Below, in pieces: positions 59,159 to 64,000 of a DNA stretch of 64,000 bases (its first letter is position 1; each line of letters starts with the position of its first letter). Origin of the DNA: Pseudomonadota bacterium (lineage in GTDB: Bacteria; Pseudomonadota; Gammaproteobacteria; Burkholderiales; Rhodocyclaceae); the NCBI GenBank assembly GCA_039805865.1, contig JBDLTI010000003.1:381-64380 (forward strand), in the 5' to 3' direction. The notes below the pieces were generated by a model. The model made no database searches. It worked only from the letters and a program-made list of their open reading frames with translations, and was not told where the DNA came from. Made by a program: the position numbers and the translations under genes.

Positions 59159-59911
59159 ATGATTGAACTTGGCGTAAATATTGATCACGTTGCCACGCTG
59201 CGTCAGGCACGACGCACCTATGAACCAGACCCGGTCTGGGCAGCCGTTGAAGCCCATCTGGGGGGTGCCGATGGCATTACCGTTCACCTCAGAGAAGATC
59301 GCCGTCATATTCAGGATGCCGATGTGCGCAAACTGCGCGACCTGACGCAGATCAAATTGAATCTTGAGATGGCGGCTACCGATGAAATGGTCGGCATTGC
59401 TTGTGAACTCAAACCTGAAATGGCCATGCTGGTGCCGGAAGGGCGCCAGGAAGTGACTACCGAGGGCGGTTTAGACATCGTTGGTCAGGAAGCGCGTTTA
59501 GCCCAAATTGTAGGCAAACTGCGCGAAGCTGGCATTGTGACAAGCACCTTTATTGATGCCGAACCGGATCAGGTTGCGGCAGCCGCACGTGTTGGTGTTC
59601 AGGTCTGCGAGATTCACACGGGGCCTTATGCCCATGCTTTTCATGCGGCGGGCCGTGATATCGAACGCCCGGCGGTACAGACGGAATTACAGCGTGTTGC
59701 TGCTGCTGGCCTGCAAATCCGGTCACTCGGCATGCGTTTCAATGCGGGGCATGCGCTTAACTACTACAACGTACAACCCATCGCTGCCTTGCCTGGCATC
59801 CGTGAGCTGCATATCGGACATGCCATCGTGAGCCGGTCGGTTTTTGTCGGGTTACGTGAAGCGGTGAGCGAAATGAAGCGCCTGATGCGCGAAGCCGTCA
59901 GCCTGAGCTAA
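59159..59911 (+). CDS. pdxJ: Pyridoxine 5'-phosphate synthase
   Basis: [36 protein letters not shown]. Confidence 0.97.
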   Translation: MIELGVNIDHVATLRQARRTYEPDPVWAAVEAHLGGADGITVHLREDRRHIQDADVRKLRDLTQIKLNLEMAATDEMVGIACELKPEMAMLVPEGRQEVTTEGGLDIVGQEARLAQIVGKLREAGIVTSTFIDAEPDQVAAAARVGVQVCEIHTGPYAHAFHAAGRDIERPAVQTELQRVAAAGLQIRSLGMRFNAGHALNYYNVQPIAALPGIRELHIGHAIVSRSVFVGLREAVSEMKRLMREAVSLS

Positions 59912-59927
59912 ATCGGTCGAGTAAACA

Positions 59928-60305
59928 ATGATTCACGGCATCGGCACCGACATCGTTTCTGTCCAGCGTATTGGGCAGTTGCTGTCGCGCCACCCGGAAC
60001 GAGGTGCAGCGCATTTGCTGCATCCCGCAGAGCAGCTTGAAGCTCAGAAATCTGCCGCACCTGATCGTTTTGTTGCCAAACGATTTGCCGCTAAAGAAGC
60101 ACTGTCTAAAGCCTTGGGTACCGGTTTGCGTGCACCTGTACTATTACCCGCCATTCGTGTTGAGCATGATGCGTTGGGTAAACCGTTTTTCAGTTTTGAA
60201 TCCGAGCTGGCAGAGTGGATCTGTCGGCGTTCCCTGCAGATCCACCTCTCGATTACCGATGAAGTGGATCACGCTGTTGCATTTGTTGTTGTGGAGAAGC
60301 TATGA
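59928..60305 (+). CDS. acpS: Holo-ACP synthase
   Basis: GIGTDIV, RFAAKEA, HLSITDE. Confidence 0.96.
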   Translation: MIHGIGTDIVSVQRIGQLLSRHPERGAAHLLHPAEQLEAQKSAAPDRFVAKRFAAKEALSKALGTGLRAPVLLPAIRVEHDALGKPFFSFESELAEWICRRSLQIHLSITDEVDHAVAFVVVEKL

Positions 60306-61333
60306 GCACGAAGGTACCCTACGGCCCGTTGATGATCGACGTTGAAGGTCTGTCCCTTAATGAGGCAGATAAGCGGCGTTTGCTGCATCCGCTGGTGGGC
60401 GGGGTCATTCTTTTTTCCCGCAATTACAAAGACCCGGTGCAGCTTTCTGCGTTGACTCAGGAAATTAGCGATCTGCGTCAGCCGCCACTCCCCATTACGG
60501 TCGACCACGAGGGGGGCAGGGTACAGCGCTTCCGTGAGGGCTTTACCCGTCTGCCGGCCATGCGCTTACTGGGCGAACTTCATGCCAAAGACCCGGTTGC
60601 AGCGGATGAATCTGCTGAAGCCGTAGGACTGGTTCTCGCATCAGAGCTGCGTGCCCACGGTGTTGATTTTTCATTTACGCCGGTGCTGGATCTGGATTGG
60701 GGACGCAGTGGTGTTATTGGCGACCGGAGCTTCTCTAAGGATCCGCAGATTGTTTCACGTCTGGCAGTAGCCCTGATCCGCGGCCTGGCCAAAGGTGGTA
60801 TGGGATCCTGTGGCAAGCATTTTCCCGGCCATGGCTGGGTCGAAGCCGACTCTCATGTCGCCATTCCGGTGGATGAGCGCAGCATGGCAGAAATCGAAAT
60901 CGACATGCAGCCGTACCATGAACTATCGCTGGATGCCGTGATGCCCGCCCATGTGATTTACCCGGTTCTGGACGAACGTCCTGCAGGATTCTCACCGCGC
61001 TGGCTTGAAAAGCTTCGTCTGGAATGTCAGTTCGACGGCATTATTTTCAGCGACGACCTTTCCATGGAAGGCGCCAGTGTCGCCGGCAGCATCGTTGATC
61101 GTGCTAATGCGGCCTGGGATGCGGGTTGTGATGTGCTGCTCGTCTGCAACAAGCCGGATTTCGTTGATGCACTGCTAGCCGAATGGCAGCCGGAAATGCA
61201 CCCGGTACGTGCGGATCGTATACCGAATCTGTTGGGCGGTACCGGCCTTGGTGCGGATCGTCCACTAACCCGTGCGCAGCTCGAATCGAATAGCGACTAT
61301 CAGGCTGCCCTGAAACGTATTCAGGCACTCTAA
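60302..61333 (+). CDS. nagZ: Beta-N-acetylhexosaminidase
   Basis: VDHEGGRVQR, KHFPGHG, DSH, FSDDLSM. Confidence 0.97.
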   Translation: MSTKVPYGPLMIDVEGLSLNEADKRRLLHPLVGGVILFSRNYKDPVQLSALTQEISDLRQPPLPITVDHEGGRVQRFREGFTRLPAMRLLGELHAKDPVAADESAEAVGLVLASELRAHGVDFSFTPVLDLDWGRSGVIGDRSFSKDPQIVSRLAVALIRGLAKGGMGSCGKHFPGHGWVEADSHVAIPVDERSMAEIEIDMQPYHELSLDAVMPAHVIYPVLDERPAGFSPRWLEKLRLECQFDGIIFSDDLSMEGASVAGSIVDRANAAWDAGCDVLLVCNKPDFVDALLAEWQPEMHPVRADRIPNLLGGTGLGADRPLTRAQLESNSDYQAALKRIQAL

Positions 61334-61337
61334 GCAC

Positions 61338-63182
61338 ATGAACCACCCCTTGCAGGATCAGGTACGCACGCTGCCTGAGCGGCCGGGGGTGTATCGATTT
61401 TTGGCTGAAGATGGTCAGGTGCTTTATGTAGGAAAAGCACGCAATCTGAAAAACCGGGTTTCGTCTTACTTCGCCAAAAACCTGAGCAGTCCGCGTATTG
61501 CCCTCATGGTGAGCAAGGTTGCCAGCCTGATGGTCACACCTACGCCATCAGAGTCAGAAGCGCTATTGCTTGAAAACCATCTGATTAAAGAGCTGGCGCC
61601 TAAGTACAACATTCTGTTTCGGGACGACAAGTCTTATCCTTACATACGATTGACCCGCGAAACCTGGCCGCTCATCGGCCTGCATCGTGGCGCGTTATCG
61701 AACAACGCAGATTACTTCGGCCCTTATCCCAATGCCTATTCGGTTCGGGAAGCCGTTCATCTACTGCAAAAGATATTCCGTCTACGCACCTGTGAAGATA
61801 GTGTCTTTAATAACCGTACGCGCCCGTGTCTGCTCTATCAGATCAAACGCTGTAGCGGACCCTGCGTAGGTCGTATTGGCGAGGCGGATTATGCCGAAGA
61901 TGTAAAAGCAGCGACCCTGTTTCTTCAGGGACGCCACCAGGAAATCATGCAGCGCCTAACAGCGCTGATGGAGCAGGCTTCGGAAAATCTGGCGTTTGAA
62001 CAGGCGGCTCAGTTTCGAGATCAGATCCAGGCGCTGCATCACGCGCAAGATACGCAGATTATGGACAGCCACCAGGCTGAAGATGTCGACATTATTGTGG
62101 CCGTAGAGCAGGGCGGTAGCCTCTGCGTCAATCTAGCCATGGTGCGCGGTGGCCGACATCTCGGTGATCGTGCCCACTTTCCGCAAGCGGGTAATCAGTT
62201 GGAACAGGCATCACTGGGCGAAGTACTATCTGCCTTTATCGAATCGCATTACGCCTTGCACCCGCCGCCAGGTAAAGTCTTGATCAACGTGCCTGTAGAC
62301 GAGGCCGTGAGTGAAACAATTGCGGGCATTGTCGGCAGACCCTTACCAATGGATCTACCGTATTACGCCCAACATAAATCATGGGTAGAGCTCGCCATCA
62401 ATAATGCACAGCTTGCACTCACTCAGCGCCGGCGCATGCAGAGTCTGCAGGGCAAGCGACAGAGTTCACTTTTGTCTGCACTGCAGCAGGCTGGCCTGGG
62501 AATCGAGCAACTCAATCGTATAGAGTGTTTTGATATCAGCCATACACAGGGTGAGGCGGCTGTTGCATCCTGTGTGGTCTGGACGCATGACGACAAAGAA
62601 GGTGGTGCCATGCGCCGTGCAGATTACCGCCGATTCAACATTGTCGACATTACCCCGGGCGATGATTATGCCGCGATCCATCAGGCCGTATACCGACGGT
62701 ATAAGCCGAATGAAAAATCAAGTGAAGGCGTTCGACCAGATCTGGTGCTAATTGATGGCGGAAAAGGGCAGGTTGCTAAGGCTGCTGAAGCACTGGCGGA
62801 GTTAGGCCGCTCGGATATTCCTCTGGTGGGCGTGGCCAAAGGCCTGGGGCGCAAGCCTGGTCTCGAGTCGCTGATCTTTACAGATGATCGTGAGCCACTA
62901 CATCTAGATTCTGACGACCCCGGCTTGCATCTGGTTCAGGAAATCCGTGATGAAGCCCATCGGTTTGCCTTGACGGGTCACCGGGGGCGCCGTCAGAAAG
63001 CTCGCTTCAGTTCTCGGCTTGATGAGGTGCCTGGCATCGGGCCTAAGCGCCGCAAGGCGCTGATGACCTGCTTTGGCAGCGTCTCTGCCATCAAGGTGGC
63101 CAGTGTTGATGCCATCGCCAATGTGCCGGGGATGAGTGTTGAATTAGCGCAACGACTACACGAAGCCCTACAAGATAGCTGA
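61338..63182 (+). CDS. uvrC: Excinuclease ABC subunit C
   Basis: GIY-YIG (PGVYRF, YVGKA), ECFDISH, IDGGKGQ, RDEAHRFA, HhH. Confidence 0.98.
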   Translation: MNHPLQDQVRTLPERPGVYRFLAEDGQVLYVGKARNLKNRVSSYFAKNLSSPRIALMVSKVASLMVTPTPSESEALLLENHLIKELAPKYNILFRDDKSYPYIRLTRETWPLIGLHRGALSNNADYFGPYPNAYSVREAVHLLQKIFRLRTCEDSVFNNRTRPCLLYQIKRCSGPCVGRIGEADYAEDVKAATLFLQGRHQEIMQRLTALMEQASENLAFEQAAQFRDQIQALHHAQDTQIMDSHQAEDVDIIVAVEQGGSLCVNLAMVRGGRHLGDRAHFPQAGNQLEQASLGEVLSAFIESHYALHPPPGKVLINVPVDEAVSETIAGIVGRPLPMDLPYYAQHKSWVELAINNAQLALTQRRRMQSLQGKRQSSLLSALQQAGLGIEQLNRIECFDISHTQGEAAVASCVVWTHDDKEGGAMRRADYRRFNIVDITPGDDYAAIHQAVYRRYKPNEKSSEGVRPDLVLIDGGKGQVAKAAEALAELGRSDIPLVGVAKGLGRKPGLESLIFTDDREPLHLDSDDPGLHLVQEIRDEAHRFALTGHRGRRQKARFSSRLDEVPGIGPKRRKALMTCFGSVSAIKVASVDAIANVPGMSVELAQRLHEALQDS

Positions 63183-63192
63183 TAATACGCAC

Positions 63193-63759
63193 ATGATGAA
63201 TCTGCCAATTATTCTCACCTGGGCGCGTATCGCCTGTATTCCGTTATTGATTATTGCCTTCGTGCCGCAGGTGCTACCCATACCGGAAGAGGGTAGGAAT
63301 ACACTTTCAGCGATTATATTCATCATTGCGGCAGTTACGGATTGGGCCGATGGTTACCTGGCGCGCAAATGGAATCAGACTTCCAACTTCGGGGCTTTTC
63401 TCGATCCCGTAGCCGATAAGCTGATTGTTTCTACGGCACTGATTCTGCTCGTTGCTGATGGTCGTGTGAGTGAGCTCGTCACCATCATCATCATCGGTCG
63501 CGAAATCACGATTTCAGCGCTGCGCGAATGGATGGCCAGTATGGGTAAACGTAAGAGTGTGGCCGTTAACATGATTGGCAAATTCAAAACGGCAGCGCAG
63601 CTATCTGCCATACCCATGTTGCTCTATGGTGCAGAACTGGGTGGCTATGACATGCGCTTCTGGGGTACGTTGCTGATCTGGATTGCCGCTGCGCTGACAC
63701 TGTGGTCGATGGCTTATTACCTTTACGTCGCCTGGCCAGACCTAAAGGAATCGGATTAA
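63193..63759 (+). CDS. pgsA: CDP-diacylglycerol--glycerol-3-phosphate 3-phosphatidyltransferase
   Basis: TDWADGYLAR...GAFLDPVADK CDP-alcohol motif. Confidence 0.97.
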   Translation: MMNLPIILTWARIACIPLLIIAFVPQVLPIPEEGRNTLSAIIFIIAAVTDWADGYLARKWNQTSNFGAFLDPVADKLIVSTALILLVADGRVSELVTIIIIGREITISALREWMASMGKRKSVAVNMIGKFKTAAQLSAIPMLLYGAELGGYDMRFWGTLLIWIAAALTLWSMAYYLYVAWPDLKESD

Positions 63760-63780
63760 GTATCTTTTCTGAAATTGGGC

Positions 63781-63810
63781 TTGACCAAGATTTCACAAAT
63801 TCTGTATAAT
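63781..63810 (+). promoter_or_regulatory. Sigma70 promoter of the tRNA-Gly/Cys operon
   Basis: TTGACC-N18-TATAAT, 12 nt upstream of tRNA-Gly. Confidence 0.8.
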
Positions 63811-63822
63811 TTGGGCTCTCAT

Positions 63823-63898
63823 GCGGCAGTAGCTCAGTTGGTAGAGCGATACCTTGCCAAGGTATAGGTCGAGAGTTCGAGACTCTTCTGCCGCTCCA
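63823..63898 (+). tRNA. tRNA-Gly(GCC)
   Basis: 76 nt: GCGGCAG/CTGCCGC acceptor stem, TTGCCAA loop, TCCA end. Confidence 0.97.
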
Positions 63899-63952
63899 GT
63901 TTCATAAGAAGGGAAAGCAAACCGCTTTCCCTTTTTAGTTAAGTTGTACAAA

Positions 63953-64000
63953 GGCGCGATAGCAAAGCGGTTATGCACCGGATTGCAAATCCGTGTAGGT
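63953..64000 (+). tRNA. tRNA-Cys(GCA), truncated by window end
   Basis: GGCGCGATAGCAAAGCGGTTATGCA-CCGGA-TTGCAAA-TCCGT, follows tRNA-Gly. Confidence 0.92.

Overview
Mostly core chromosome of a betaproteobacterium. The gene order and proteins look Rhodocyclales-like, and the tight packing suggests a streamlined lineage (inference). In order: a peptide/nickel-type ABC transporter (5'-truncated), mltD, a tRNA Ala-Glu-Asp operon, gltX and an atypical tRNA-Val(CAC). An integrase-less accessory/defence block follows (~9.1-20.75 kb): Fic, cupin, a WYL regulator coupled to two small Cys-rich genes, a complete type I R-M system, an acidic orphan, a degenerate attC-like site, and a truncated RelE/HigB toxin with an intact HTH antitoxin. 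Next come a K+-channel-related cluster, tadA, an L,D-transpeptidase, ygfZ, mltG-tmk-holB-tatD-ankyrin-PLD nuclease, tyrB, uvrB, LMW-PTP, rne/rluC, maf, yceD-rpmF-plsX-fabHDG-acpP-fabF, nadB and a remodelled rpoE operon. The window ends with lepA-lepB-rnc-era-recO-pdxJ-acpS-nagZ-uvrC-pgsA and tRNA-Gly/Cys. Best candidates for novelty: (1) the WYL-led module upstream of the R-M genes, whose third protein resembles by eye a single beta-clamp (DnaN) domain fused to a zinc ribbon; (2) a sigma-E system with a soluble 87-aa anti-sigma and no RseB in the operon; (3) integron-cassette-like remnants at the island's right end. All calls are by eye; no searches were run.
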